A stretch of 52,997 bases of DNA from Synechococcus sp. (GTDB taxonomy: Bacteria > Cyanobacteriota > Cyanobacteriia > Thermostichales > PCC-7336): assembly GCA_051439605.1 (NCBI GenBank), contig JBFRWN010000068.1, positions 1 through 52,997 of the forward strand, written 5' to 3'. Below, one piece after another: positions 1 to 10,169 of the stretch. The translations under genes and the position numbers were made by a program. Numbering within the stretch: position 1 is the first letter of the stretch; the number at the start of each line of letters is the position of its first letter. A model generated the notes under the pieces. That model had not been told where the DNA came from and did no database searches. It saw only the letters and a list, made by a program, of their open reading frames with translations.

Positions 1-723
1 TTGGGCGATCCCTCGTTCGTCAAGCACTAAATCTCCCACCTGACGGTGCATCTCTCGGACTGCAGCCTGGCTGACTTCAACGTAGTTCGGTGCTTTGGAG
101 TACTTGAGGGCGATCGCCGAATCGCCATACTTCACGTCAGGCATATAGATATCCACAATGCCCTCCAGTAGCGCTAGGGCCTCCGGGCTGTCATAGCCAC
201 CGGTGTTGTAGACCAGCGGAAGATGCAAGCCCTGCTCAGCTGCTCTACGGACTGCACCAATAATCTGTGCCACGACGTGACTGGGGGAAACCAAGTTAAT
301 GTTGTGACATCCCTGGGATTGGAGTGACAGCATCATATCGGCGAGCTCAGTCAATTCGACCTCTCGCCCCAAACCCTTGTGACTAATCTCCCAGTTTTGG
401 CAGAAGACGCACCGGAGATTGCACCAGCTAAAGAAGATTGTGCCCGAGCCGTTCCATCCCCGCAAAGGTTTTTCTTCGCCATGGTGGGGGCCAAAGCTGT
501 ACACGACGGCACGCTCCCCCGTGCGACACACGGCGCCCTTGGTAGTTTCGCGTCGGTTCACGCGACAGTAGCGGGCACAGAGATCGCAATTTTCCAGGTG
601 ATGGTAGGCCAGTTCCTCGCGCTTTGCCAGTTCGCCACTGTCTAGCAATCGGAGATATGCAGGTGCGAAATCCCTTGGCGCGTAGGCTGTAGTTGCTTGT
701 ACCATTGCCAGATTCCAGGTCAT
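1..723 (-). CDS. PflX-like radical SAM protein (3' end runs off the window)
   Basis: Not in the ORF track; hand translation gives MTWNLAMVQ...CDLCARYCRVNR...FGPHHGEEKPLRGWNGSGTIFFSWCNLRCVFCQNWEIS (CxxxCxxC)...GCHNINLVSP...VYNTGGYD...DIYMPDVKY...DERGIAQ. Alternative ATG at 705. Confidence 0.9.
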   Translation of the reverse strand, partial: MTWNLAMVQATTAYAPRDFAPAYLRLLDSGELAKREELAYHHLENCDLCARYCRVNRRETTKGAVCRTGERAVVYSFGPHHGEEKPLRGWNGSGTIFFSWCNLRCVFCQNWEISHKGLGREVELTELADMMLSLQSQGCHNINLVSPSHVVAQIIGAVRRAAEQGLHLPLVYNTGGYDSPEALALLEGIVDIYMPDVKYGDSAIALKYSKAPNYVEVSQAAVREMHRQVGDLVLDERGIAQ

Positions 724-790
724 CGAGCCTGGTGCATTCTGTTTCAACGCTAGCAAGATCGAGAAAGTCTGCGGGGATAGTTAAAGTTCC

Positions 791-1333
791 GTGTCCAGTC
801 CGCATGTCCTACTCCTCTCCGGCGTTCCCGGTGTGGGCAAAACAACGGTTATCCGCAAGGTAGGCGAGCGCTTGAGTAGCGATCGCCTAGCAGGTTTCTA
901 CACGGAAGAGATCCGCGAGGGAGGAGAGCGTCGGGGATTTCGTCTGAAAACGTTCGATGGTTCGGAGCGAGCGATCGCCTATGTAGATTTCCCAAAACTT
1001 AACCGAGTTGGGAAGTATGGCGTTGATGTGGCTGCCATTGATGGCGTAGCGGCAGCTGCCCTTGCCGTGAACCCAGATGTGACGATCTACCTAGTGGACG
1101 AGATCGGCAAAATGGAATGTTTGTCCCAACGCTTCGTAGAAGCACTCTGCACTCTGTTGGGGAGCAACAAGACGGTCGTTGCTACCATTGCCGTGAGAGG
1201 GACTGGCCCGATTGCCGAAGTGAAGCAGAGGCAAGATACCTTGCTGTGGGAGGTAACCCGAGCCAATCGGGACACAATGCCCGAGCGCGTTTTGGAGTGG
1301 TTGCAGAAACAAGCTAGCTCCCCTTCTCTCTAG
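791..1333 (+). CDS. NTPase_1/THEP1-family nucleoside triphosphatase
   Basis: GVPGVGKTT Walker A, GFYTEEIREGGERRGF, RVGKYGVD, LVDEIGKME motifs. Confidence 0.9.
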   Translation: MSSPHVLLLSGVPGVGKTTVIRKVGERLSSDRLAGFYTEEIREGGERRGFRLKTFDGSERAIAYVDFPKLNRVGKYGVDVAAIDGVAAAALAVNPDVTIYLVDEIGKMECLSQRFVEALCTLLGSNKTVVATIAVRGTGPIAEVKQRQDTLLWEVTRANRDTMPERVLEWLQKQASSPSL

Positions 1334-1382
1334 TGTGGGGATTTCTGTAATGCTATCCGCGAAGAGACATGGAGGATGAACG

Positions 1383-1838
1383 GTGCTTGCTTCCTTGAAC
1401 TCAGTGCAAATCGAGCAGGTATTGCACTCCCAGGTGCTGGGCCGAATCGGCTGCCATGCAGATGGCCGAACCTACGTCGTGCCGATTACCTACGCTTACG
1501 ATGGCGAACGAGTCATCTGCCACAGTAGGGCAGGGATGAAGATCGAGATGATGCGCAAAAACCCAGCGGTTTGCTTCGAGGTCGAGCAGGTGGACAATTT
1601 GGCCAATTGGCGCAGCGTTATTGCTTGGGGAAGGTACGAAGAGCTGCAGGGCGAGGCAGGTCAGAAAGCGATGGGTCAGCTGATCGAGCGGGTCATGCCG
1701 CTGCTCGCGAGTTCCACTGCAAACCTGTCCCACGGCGAAGAGGCACTTCAACAAGGAAAGGAATACCAACCTTCGCCACAAGCGGTTATCTTTTGCATTC
1801 ACCTAGCTGAAAAAACTGGGCGTTTCGAGAAGCGTTAA
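1383..1838 (+). CDS. Pyridoxamine 5'-phosphate oxidase-like flavin-binding protein (NimA-like)
   Basis: GRIGC...YVVPITYAY...GMKIEMMRKNPAVCFEV...WRSVIAWG...KTGRF; RBS GGAGG upstream. Confidence 0.85.
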   Translation: MLASLNSVQIEQVLHSQVLGRIGCHADGRTYVVPITYAYDGERVICHSRAGMKIEMMRKNPAVCFEVEQVDNLANWRSVIAWGRYEELQGEAGQKAMGQLIERVMPLLASSTANLSHGEEALQQGKEYQPSPQAVIFCIHLAEKTGRFEKR

Positions 1839-1856
1839 ACCAAGATTGACTTGAAT

Positions 1857-2597
1857 TTACTTCACCTTCTCAACCATTGCTTTCAAGCGCAAAGCATCCT
1901 TTGGGGCACATCCTCTTTCATCGTTGTTGAAGTAACAAAATATCTCCTTTCCTTGTCCGGTCCATGCTGCAATTCTCTTGGCCCAGTCATTCAGAGCGGG
2001 CTCCTCATAAGTTTCTCGGTATGCTTCACGAGGCCCATGCAGCCTCATGTAAATGAAATCAGCCGTCACCTCCATGGGGGAAACCTGGCCTTCTAAGTCG
2101 TAGATACAGAATGCAGCGCCATTTCTCCTCAACAGCTCGTAGGTTTGAGGCTGGAGCCAAGTGATATCTCGGAACTCGAAGGCATATCGATAATGACTTG
2201 GCAATATAGCCAGAAAGTCTTGCAAGCGAGCGTAGTTGCAGTGCCAGCGGGACGGTAGCTGAAACAAAATAGGCCCCAACTTTTCTCCTAAGTACTCTAT
2301 TCGACTTAAAAAGATAGACAGCGAATCTTTCGTATTCTTCAATTTTTTATAATGAGTAATATAGCGACTCGCTTTGATAGAGAATACAAAGTTTTCAGGG
2401 GCTTGCTGACACCATTTCTCGAAAGTCTCGATTTCTGGCAATCGATAAAAGGTGTTGTTGATTTCTACAGTATCGAATCTTTCAGCATAAAATTTAAGCC
2501 AACTTCCTTGAGGCAAGCGCTTGGGGTAGAAAGTCTGGCTCCAGTGAGGATAGCTCCAACCAGAAGTACCGATGTGAATCTGAATGCTGCCGTTCAT
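1857..2597 (-). CDS. DUF72-family protein
   Basis: IGTSGWSY..W...FYP, TVEINNTFY, FSIKASRYITH, LFQLP, FEFRD, YMRLHG, YFNND. Start taken at ATG 2597 after a GA-rich RBS. Confidence 0.9.
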   Translation of the reverse strand: MNGSIQIHIGTSGWSYPHWSQTFYPKRLPQGSWLKFYAERFDTVEINNTFYRLPEIETFEKWCQQAPENFVFSIKASRYITHYKKLKNTKDSLSIFLSRIEYLGEKLGPILFQLPSRWHCNYARLQDFLAILPSHYRYAFEFRDITWLQPQTYELLRRNGAAFCIYDLEGQVSPMEVTADFIYMRLHGPREAYRETYEEPALNDWAKRIAAWTGQGKEIFCYFNNDERGCAPKDALRLKAMVEKVK

Positions 2598-2640
2598 CGA
2601 TCCCCCTCTCCCAGTTAACAGTGTTGATACAGAGGAAAAC

Positions 2641-3417
2641 ATGCAATCCCCTCTCCTTCAGATTAAGAATCTGAATGTGGTGGTGGGAGATCGACCAGTC
2701 TTGCAGGGAGTCAACCTGGCGATTGAGGCAGGAGAAATCCACATCCTTTTCGGCCCCAACGGCTCTGGTAAGTCCACGCTTCTATCTGCAATCATGGCTC
2801 TGCCCCCTTATCGAGTCACGCACGGAGCGATTTGGTTTGCGAGACAGCGCATCGATCGCCTAGTGACAGACGAGATAGCCCGTTTGGGGATCGGCATAGC
2901 GTTTCAACGCCCCCCTTCCATCAAAGGAGTCCGGCTCATCGACTTTCTCAAGGCCCTCGGAGGTGACACTCCCGAGTTACGCAGAGAAGTTGCTTCATTG
3001 GATTTAGCCCCCTTTCTCCAGCGTGAAATCAATGTCGGATTCTCTGGCGGCGAAATCAAGCGATGGGAGATACTGAAATTGTTCGCGCAACATCCTCGCC
3101 TTTGCCTGTTTGACGAGCCAGAATCGGGGGTCGATCTGGAACATATCGCTACCGTTGCAGCAGCCATCAATCGCTTGTGTAGTAGCCCAAACCAACTTTC
3201 GGATCGGGCTATGCGACCCTCTTCACTAATCGTGACGCATACCGGTTTCATCCTTAACGACATTCAGGCAAGTCAGGGCCATATTATGCGTGACGGCAGG
3301 ATTATTCGGTCCGGCGACCCCCGACAGCTTTTCGAGGAAATTCAAGCGTACGGTTACGGCGGGGAAGCGAACCGGTCAGCCTCATCGCACCAGCTCAACA
3401 GCGGGAGGACTTTATGA
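2641..3417 (+). CDS. SufC-like Fe-S assembly ABC ATPase (SmsC-like)
   Basis: GPNGSGKST, GIAFQRPP, REINVGFSGGEIKR, LFDEPESGVD, VTH; overlaps the downstream SufBD-like gene (ATGA). Confidence 0.85.
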   Translation: MQSPLLQIKNLNVVVGDRPVLQGVNLAIEAGEIHILFGPNGSGKSTLLSAIMALPPYRVTHGAIWFARQRIDRLVTDEIARLGIGIAFQRPPSIKGVRLIDFLKALGGDTPELRREVASLDLAPFLQREINVGFSGGEIKRWEILKLFAQHPRLCLFDEPESGVDLEHIATVAAAINRLCSSPNQLSDRAMRPSSLIVTHTGFILNDIQASQGHIMRDGRIIRSGDPRQLFEEIQAYGYGGEANRSASSHQLNSGRTL

Positions 3418-4541
3418 GGAATCGGCAAAAAGACCTTCAACAACTACCCATCTTGACCGACGAAGAATGGTCCCAACTGAGTAAGGTCGGCTTTCAGACT
3501 CTAGATCGGCGTTCGGGCAGTTTTTTGCTGTCCGACCAAGAAATTCTCTGTTCTCTCGCCCACAGCGATCGCCTGGAAGTTTTGCCTTTACAGAGGGCGC
3601 TGGACCTCTATCCATGGGTTCAGGATCTGCTCTTTCGACTCATCGATCCAGACGAGAACCCATACACCAAATTAGTGGCCGAGCAAGTCGGTCCGCCAGT
3701 CGGCCACTTTATCCGCGTCTTTGAAGGCCAAAAAGTTTCGCTACCCGTACAGGCTTGCATGATGCTCCGTACACCTCAGGCTAGGCAGTACGTGCACAAC
3801 ATCACGATTGTAGAAAAGAATGCCGAACTCGAACTCATCACTGGCGCGACTGTAGAACCGCATGTCCATACCGGACGCCACATCTGTCTGGGCGAGTATT
3901 ACATTGCCGATGGAGGGACGCTGCGCACAACCACCATCGAACGATGGGAGAGCCACCTGGAAGTGCATTGCTTCGAGGCCCTTCAGATTGGTAAGAACGC
4001 CAAGCGCCTCTTGACTCACCTCCTGCTAACGCCCGTCAAGATATACGAATCGGACCCTAAATCGTTGATTGACGAGAACGGCTGCTTGCAAGAACGTTCG
4101 GTCATTTTTGCGCCACCGGGATCGAGTTTCAGGTTAGGAGGACGAGCTTACCTCCAAGGAACTGGGGCATCTGCCGAATTGATTAGTCGCGCGGTTTCTG
4201 CTGGCGGTCGAATTGCGACAACCCCCACAATTGTGGGGCAAGCGAAGGGGGCGAAGGGATTTGCCGGTTGCGACGGACTACAGTTAACCGAAGAAGGAGA
4301 AATTGTTGCTGTCCCTAAGCTCGAAGCGACTACCATCGGATTGCAGCTCTCTCACGAGGCATCCGTAGGGGCGATCGCCCAGGAGAAGCTGTCGTACTTG
4401 ATGGCAAGCGGGATGAGTGAAGAGGAAGCCCGCGACCTGATTATTCAGGGATTCTTGGCACTCAAAGAAGGTGACATTCCCACAGAAATTAGTCAGTCTG
4501 TCCGAGACGCCATTGCTGCCGCTAAAAGCGGCGGTATGTAG
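3414..4541 (+). CDS. SufB/SufD-family scaffold protein (SmsB-like)
   Basis: QYVHNITIVE, GASAELISRAVS, GCDGL, SHEASVGAIAQEKLSYLMASGMSEEEARDLIIQGFL. Confidence 0.85.
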   Translation: MRNRQKDLQQLPILTDEEWSQLSKVGFQTLDRRSGSFLLSDQEILCSLAHSDRLEVLPLQRALDLYPWVQDLLFRLIDPDENPYTKLVAEQVGPPVGHFIRVFEGQKVSLPVQACMMLRTPQARQYVHNITIVEKNAELELITGATVEPHVHTGRHICLGEYYIADGGTLRTTTIERWESHLEVHCFEALQIGKNAKRLLTHLLLTPVKIYESDPKSLIDENGCLQERSVIFAPPGSSFRLGGRAYLQGTGASAELISRAVSAGGRIATTPTIVGQAKGAKGFAGCDGLQLTEEGEIVAVPKLEATTIGLQLSHEASVGAIAQEKLSYLMASGMSEEEARDLIIQGFLALKEGDIPTEISQSVRDAIAAAKSGGM

Positions 4542-4591
4542 AGAGCTAGATGCAACGAAGCCGCAGAAATCGATTCATTCTTTCTAAGAGT

Positions 4592-4879
4592 CTAGAGCAT
4601 CTCTAAGAATTCGCTCCACGGTGTTGCCAATAATGTTTCTGTGGTCGAATTCCCATATCCACGAATAACCATGGCTGCCATCTCGACTTGTTTCGGATCG
4701 TCTGCCTCCACAATGTCTACCACATCAAAACGACCCATTGTTGCATAGCTTCCTTTCCAGTGGACTCCAGGATAATCGCTCTTAATTTTTTCAGAAACTG
4801 TAGCTGCTATTTGCTTGAAATCTTCAGGCTTCTCAAATGCCTGAGGAGAAAACCGACTGAGAATAATGTAGGTAGACAT
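4592..4879 (-). CDS. GYD-domain protein
   Basis: MSTYIILSRF...YATMGRFDVVDIVEA...GNSTTETLLA; RBS GGAG. Confidence 0.8.
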   Translation of the reverse strand: MSTYIILSRFSPQAFEKPEDFKQIAATVSEKIKSDYPGVHWKGSYATMGRFDVVDIVEADDPKQVEMAAMVIRGYGNSTTETLLATPWSEFLEML

Positions 4880-5089
4880 TGAATCTACTCCCTAAGTAAC
4901 AACCATTCTAATGGCAAGAATACTTTCGTCTCAAAATCTATAATTCAATAAAGAATTGGATACAGGTCTTAAAGTAGAATGACATCCTTAATAGGAATTC
5001 ATGCATTCAAATCATCTCCCTTCTGCTCGAATAAGTTCTACAGGTTTTAAGCTTGTCTAGGAAATTCAATTCATTCGATTACCTGCTGA

Positions 5090-5203
5090 CTATTTCCGCA
5101 AGCGGCAGGGAATCCTCATGCTGCTCAAATCCTAAGGAGATAGCTCTACTTTGACGCGATCCCCAGGTAGAATTTTGATAGAGTGACTCCGAATCTTATT
5201 TGA
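5090..5203 (-). pseudogene. infA: Translation initiation factor IF-1 pseudogene fragment (C-terminal half, internal stop)
   Basis: Hand translation [36 protein letters not shown] resembles cyanobacterial IF-1 [34 protein letters not shown]. TAG at 5132-5134 replaces Tyr; no recognisable N-terminal half. Confidence 0.8.
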
Positions 5204-5376
5204 AGACTCCTTGAAAACATTACTAAATATGACAGATCTAACGGCGAGAATCTAAAAAAATATAACCCTTATACTCAAAAAAAATCACAGAAGTAATTTC
5301 CTCAACACCAATCATCCTCTATACCCAAAAATCTCCCCCTATCATCTCGGTATGCAACGCTTCCTTTTCTAGAAGT

Positions 5377-5472
5377 TTAGAGGAGCACTGCTAAAATTAA
5401 GACAACAGCGAAGACACCAAGCCCTATGGCTGTGAGCATGCCAGCAGTTGCATATTCATAATCTTGTTTCAT
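5377..5472 (-). CDS. Putative 31-aa single-transmembrane small protein
   Basis: Hand translation MKQDYEYATAGMLTAIGLGVFAVVLILAVLL*; polar N-terminus and a ~23-residue uncharged hydrophobic helix; no obvious RBS. Confidence 0.5.
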   Translation of the reverse strand: MKQDYEYATAGMLTAIGLGVFAVVLILAVLL

Positions 5473-5837
5473 AGCTATAAACCAAGCTACATCTATATTC
5501 TCGCCTGATTTCTTGGCAATTGCTTAAGGATCGTAAAACATGCTGTAATTTGTAACATTTACCAACCTCAATAATTCAAACAAACAATCTAGAGGTTATA
5601 TTATTGACAGGATCTTTATAACAAATCACGATCGGGGCTGAGTTTAGTTCCAACTAACACTCAAGGCAGCAGGTCTGGTTCAAATCTGTTGGCTTAAGAG
5701 TAACATTTTGAATAGAGGTTAATACTTACCAAAGCTGAATTGGTGGGGATTGGAGCTTTGATAATTGATCAAAAGAGTGATTTACCATTGAACCGTTCCT
5801 TTGCGATATTCTATTAACCCAAACTGAGCGGAGGAGA

Positions 5838-7064
5838 ATGCAAAATAAACGATACCTCTTCTCATCCGAGTCTGTAACAGAAGGTCATCCCGACAAAATC
5901 TGCGATCAGCTCTCCGATACTATTGTCGATGCTCTGTTAACTACCGACCCTGCTAGCCGGGTAGCTGCAGAAGTGGTGGTGAATACTGGGTTAGTGCTGG
6001 TGACGGGGGAAATTTCCACCCAAGCTCATGTCAATTACACCCAATTGGTTCGAAACAAGATTGCAGAGATTGGTTACACCAATTCCAGCAATGGGTTTGC
6101 ATCAAACAGTTGTGCTGTGTTGATTGCACTTGACGAACAGTCCCCTGACATTGCCCAAGGGGTAAATGTGGCGTTGGAAAATCGTAGCGGTAGTGAGGAC
6201 GTATTTGATTTCGTGGGGGCAGGAGACCAGGGGCAAATGTTTGGTTTTGCCTGTAACGAAACTCCCGAACTGATGCCGTTACCCATCAGCGTTGCCCACC
6301 GGCTCACCCGCAAATTAGCTGAAGTTCGCAAAAAAGGCACGCTACCTTATCTTGGGCCTGATGGAAAAGCCCAGGTCACTGTTGTGTACGAGGACGGCAA
6401 ACCCGTCGGCATCGACACCATTGTGATTTTCACCCAGCACAGCGAAACCATTGACGAGTTGACCGATAACGCTGATGTCCAGGCTCGCATCCGCAATGAT
6501 TTGTGCGAGTCCACGATCGCCCCTGCATTTGAAGGGTTGGACATCAGACCGACAAATGAAACCTGCATTCTGGTCAACCCAACTGGAAAGTTTGTGATTG
6601 GCGGTCCTCAGAGGGATTCTGGTTTAACAGGTCGCAAGATCTTCGATGACGCCTACGGTGGATATTCTCGCCACGGGGGCGGTGCCTTCTCTGGTAAAGA
6701 TCCTACAAAGGTTGATCGCAGTGCGGCTTACGCTTGTCGGTATGTTGCCAAGAACATTGTGGCGGCTGGCTTGGCGGACAAGTTCCAGATTCAGGTGAGC
6801 TATGCCATCGGGGTGGCTCGTCCGGTCAGTATTGTTGTGGACACCTTCAGTACTGGCAAGATTTCTGACGAGGCCCTGGTAGAGTTGGTGAACGAGCATT
6901 TCGACTTTCGTCCAGCAGCGATCGGAGCTCAATTCGGACTGTGCAAATTGCCTCAAGAGCGGGGTGGCAGATTTTACCAATATGTGGCGGCTTGTGGGCA
7001 CTTCGGGCAAGTCCATCCAGATCTTCCTTGGGAACGTATTGATAAAGCTGAATGGCTCAGATAG
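5838..7064 (+). CDS. metK: S-adenosylmethionine synthetase, divergent paralog
   Basis: [50 protein letters not shown]; several normally conserved positions are substituted. Confidence 0.92.
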   Translation: MQNKRYLFSSESVTEGHPDKICDQLSDTIVDALLTTDPASRVAAEVVVNTGLVLVTGEISTQAHVNYTQLVRNKIAEIGYTNSSNGFASNSCAVLIALDEQSPDIAQGVNVALENRSGSEDVFDFVGAGDQGQMFGFACNETPELMPLPISVAHRLTRKLAEVRKKGTLPYLGPDGKAQVTVVYEDGKPVGIDTIVIFTQHSETIDELTDNADVQARIRNDLCESTIAPAFEGLDIRPTNETCILVNPTGKFVIGGPQRDSGLTGRKIFDDAYGGYSRHGGGAFSGKDPTKVDRSAAYACRYVAKNIVAAGLADKFQIQVSYAIGVARPVSIVVDTFSTGKISDEALVELVNEHFDFRPAAIGAQFGLCKLPQERGGRFYQYVAACGHFGQVHPDLPWERIDKAEWLR

Positions 7065-7575
7065 ATTGCACAATCGATAGGATAGGTGAGTGAAAAAAAC
7101 AGGAAAAGGGCTCTTGTAATCCATAAAATATGGTCAAGTTAGTCAATAATTGCCTGCACTGTCGATGAATTAGCATTAGCTACCCCGCTCGGATTGTCAA
7201 ATTTTTCGATCCGGTAATCGATGGTGTATCCATCAGTATGAATCAAGGTGTTTGTGGAAATGTTGGCAGGAACATGATAGATGGACTTTAACCTCACCAA
7301 CTAAGCATAATATATTCTAAAGTATCGACCATTTAATCTGAAATTCAGCGGAATAAATTAATCAGCCTTTAGAATGTATTTATGCTCAATCTGGAATTAG
7401 TCAAACCTAAACTTATAAACTAAGACACTACTCATTCCATGGGTATATTACGCTTCCACTCTGAATGCAGCCGCGGACATCAGTACCTCGTTCCTTTCTC
7501 AGAAAAGTAGTGCTTTCTTTTGCGATTTTCAGTGAAATTAACAATCCCTATGAAACAGTCCTACCAACATGAGAG

Positions 7576-7824
7576 CTATTCACCAAATCGCTCTTGAATT
7601 GTCCGCACCGCATTCGCTAACTCATGCAACGCCGTCTCCACAATCACCACCCGACCATCGGGCAAATCCAGTCTCATACTAATGCTGGTGCGGCCCGAGG
7701 CCATCCCCTCTGGCATCGCAACAATCTCAACCGGAGGGGCCTCATCCCCCAGGTAAATTACCTCTTTTTCTAAGAGGTCCTCCCAATGTTCTTCCGGTTC
7801 CAGGATCGTATGAAAGGTCAGCAT
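7576..7824 (-). CDS. Hypothetical protein, 82 aa, acidic
   Basis: ORF with a clear RBS (AAGGAG) and protein-like composition. Confidence 0.65.
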   Translation of the reverse strand: MLTFHTILEPEEHWEDLLEKEVIYLGDEAPPVEIVAMPEGMASGRTSISMRLDLPDGRVVIVETALHELANAVRTIQERFGE

Positions 7825-8306
7825 GGAATTGTCTCTCCTTCACAATTTACTGATACTTACGATCTAACTTTAGTTGTTAATCTTGTCCACGCGAAGCGAT
7901 CGAAAAATGATACACCATCAGCTTACACTGTATCCTCTACATCGTCTCCTTTCGACTGATGGTAGTCTTGCAAAGTTTGAGTACATACGCTTCCCACAGT
8001 GTTCTAATAAGCTTTTGAAACACTGTAGCTAGTGCTTTTGATAAATCTTGTGATACACCCTATAAATTTTAAACAATTTCCCTTGTAATTGTATTGACCA
8101 GTATATTTGGTTTATGCAGGGTCAATTCAACCCTGATTAATCCTTCAAAGCCCCACAAGTTCCTCAACTTTCTCTACTATCATATAACCATGGCTACCCT
8201 GACGTTTTACAAGAGATGGGTAAAAGGACTTGGAATTCGAAGATAGATAAACTGAATTTTGGACCTGCGGGGACATTATTTTCTTTTATCAGAATTGGAG
8301 GGAACG

Positions 8307-8759
8307 ATGAGCAAGCTGCGAACGACTTATGATGGGATACAGCATTGCACGACGTTGCAAGCAACGCATGGGAAAACGGTGGCTTCCGCCTGTTCTTCCA
8401 GTGGGGGTAAGGGGGAAGAACTGTCACCTATAGAACTGGTAGGCGCAGGATTGGTAAGCTGTATGCTTTTCTCGATGGGAATGGTGGCTCGGCGAGACAA
8501 ATTGGACATTTCAGATACCCAAGTAGACACAGAAATCTCGATGACGGATAAGCCGGTTAAGCGCATCGGGGCAATCGATTTAACGTTTACCATGCCAAGA
8601 AAAATGTCTGAGGCAGATTGCGTCAAGTTGGAGAGGGCCTCGGGGATGTGCCCGATCAAACATAGCTTTCATCCCGATACTCAGATCTCTGTCCACTTCA
8701 ACTATCCAGAACAATCGGATAGAGAAGTTTCAACTAGTGGGTCAACTGTCATTAATTAA
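8307..8759 (+). CDS. OsmC/Ohr-family protein
   Basis: GGKGEELSPIELVGAGLVSCM...ERASGMCPIKHS (two conserved Cys); start at ATG 8307 after GGAGG. Confidence 0.85.
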   Translation: MSKLRTTYDGIQHCTTLQATHGKTVASACSSSGGKGEELSPIELVGAGLVSCMLFSMGMVARRDKLDISDTQVDTEISMTDKPVKRIGAIDLTFTMPRKMSEADCVKLERASGMCPIKHSFHPDTQISVHFNYPEQSDREVSTSGSTVIN

Positions 8760-8909
8760 GTCTTACCCCAACAGGGGCAAGAAGAGCCGGGTGCTTGGGG
8801 CATGAGTTCCGACCACTCCCAAAGATCTCGTTTTTTTCCATCCTCAATTATCCTGGTTTGTTTTTTCTCTCTACTCGATTAGATATGCTTTTGAAATGTA
8901 CGGGGGCTT

Positions 8910-9638
8910 TCACATCAGGATAATAGCGAGCAACATCGCCAACATCGTGATGAAGTGAACGAGCACTCCGCCCCACAAGTTTTGGGTCTTTATTGTTAAG
9001 TACCCATTGATGACGCCGAGCGGCAAACCCATCAGTGCCATCATCAAGCGCTCCATTAGCTCGACGGGGGCAACGGCAAAATGATTGAGAATAAAACAAA
9101 GGGTCGCGATCGCAATTGCTGTACCGTTGTCAAAACCACGAGCGAGAAGGGACGAGAGTAATAATCCTCGCCAGAGAAACTCCTCCGCCACAATCAATAG
9201 GGGCAAGAACAGTAGAGATTTGTAGTCGATGAGTAAGTCCGCCATTGCGTCAGTTTGCATCTGAGCTATTTCGGCGGTTTTCATCTGCTCAATATTGAAA
9301 AGGCTCATCAAGAAGAGAACTGTGCCGATGATTCCACCCCATAGCAATGATTGCTTAAGGCCATAATGGGTGATGAATAGTTGCCTCCATTCGCCGAAAC
9401 GTCTCCCTCTCCAAAGCGCGAGTGCGATGCTTCCGATAAGGTAGATCGCGAGAGCGCCCCATTCTTTGAGAGGTGTGAAATGTCCTACAAGTCCTGCAAA
9501 CCAGACAGCGGCAATAAGTAAGAGGGTTTGCTTCAAACGGTCACGATCTGTAGTGCCCGTTTCGACTAGAGATTGATTCAGCAATGTAGAATCTCCATCT
9601 TCTTCTTTCTGAGAAGTTATGCCCCAATCAGTACTCAT
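8910..9638 (-). CDS. CPBP/Abi (CAAX protease-like) intramembrane metalloprotease
   Basis: Multiple TM helices; EEFLWRG, FILNH, LVHFITM motifs. Confidence 0.85.
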   Translation of the reverse strand: MSTDWGITSQKEEDGDSTLLNQSLVETGTTDRDRLKQTLLLIAAVWFAGLVGHFTPLKEWGALAIYLIGSIALALWRGRRFGEWRQLFITHYGLKQSLLWGGIIGTVLFLMSLFNIEQMKTAEIAQMQTDAMADLLIDYKSLLFLPLLIVAEEFLWRGLLLSSLLARGFDNGTAIAIATLCFILNHFAVAPVELMERLMMALMGLPLGVINGYLTIKTQNLWGGVLVHFITMLAMLLAIILM

Positions 9639-10169
9639 AAATTTTCTCAGAATTAATATACAAGCGCTTCACTCTCTCTATGCAGGATTTTCGACTGCCC
9701 AAGCCGATGGCATAAAGCCTAAACCGATCTCGATTCGTTCCTCTGTTCCAGCAATTGCAAAGCAACTCTTGCAAGCTCTATCTAGATGTGTTTCAAGCTG
9801 ATTTCTTATATCATGACAATCATGTCAATTTTACGGTTTTATTGCAAATTTTTTTGATGCTAGCTGGACTGTACTGAGATAGAAAAAACTGTTAGATCTG
9901 GTATCTCAGTGGGGACTTGCTGTTCTGGTGTACCCTTCAGTATAAGGCTTTCAAAGCCTACATAAAGTACCGTGAAGTAACAATAAAATGCTTATGACTT
10001 TTCTTGTCACTGAGCTTAAAACTAGCTGTAGTAGTACTGTCGAATTCAATCAAGCTTTGTATTTACGATGCGGCGAATTCTGAATGCTGCTGGTTCTGGG
10101 ATCGGAGCGATGCCTCTCAGTCTGTAACCTGGAGCGATCGCTAAACGCTCCTAACCTCCTGGCCTTCAT

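Noticed and set aside
379..805. ORF-track calls 379-645 (+) and 428-805 (-)
   Set aside because: They overlap the radical SAM gene, which lies in another frame and carries the conserved motifs.
5757..5772. TTGAT-AATTG-ATCAA upstream of metK as an FNR box
   Set aside because: The spacer is 5 nt rather than the required 4.
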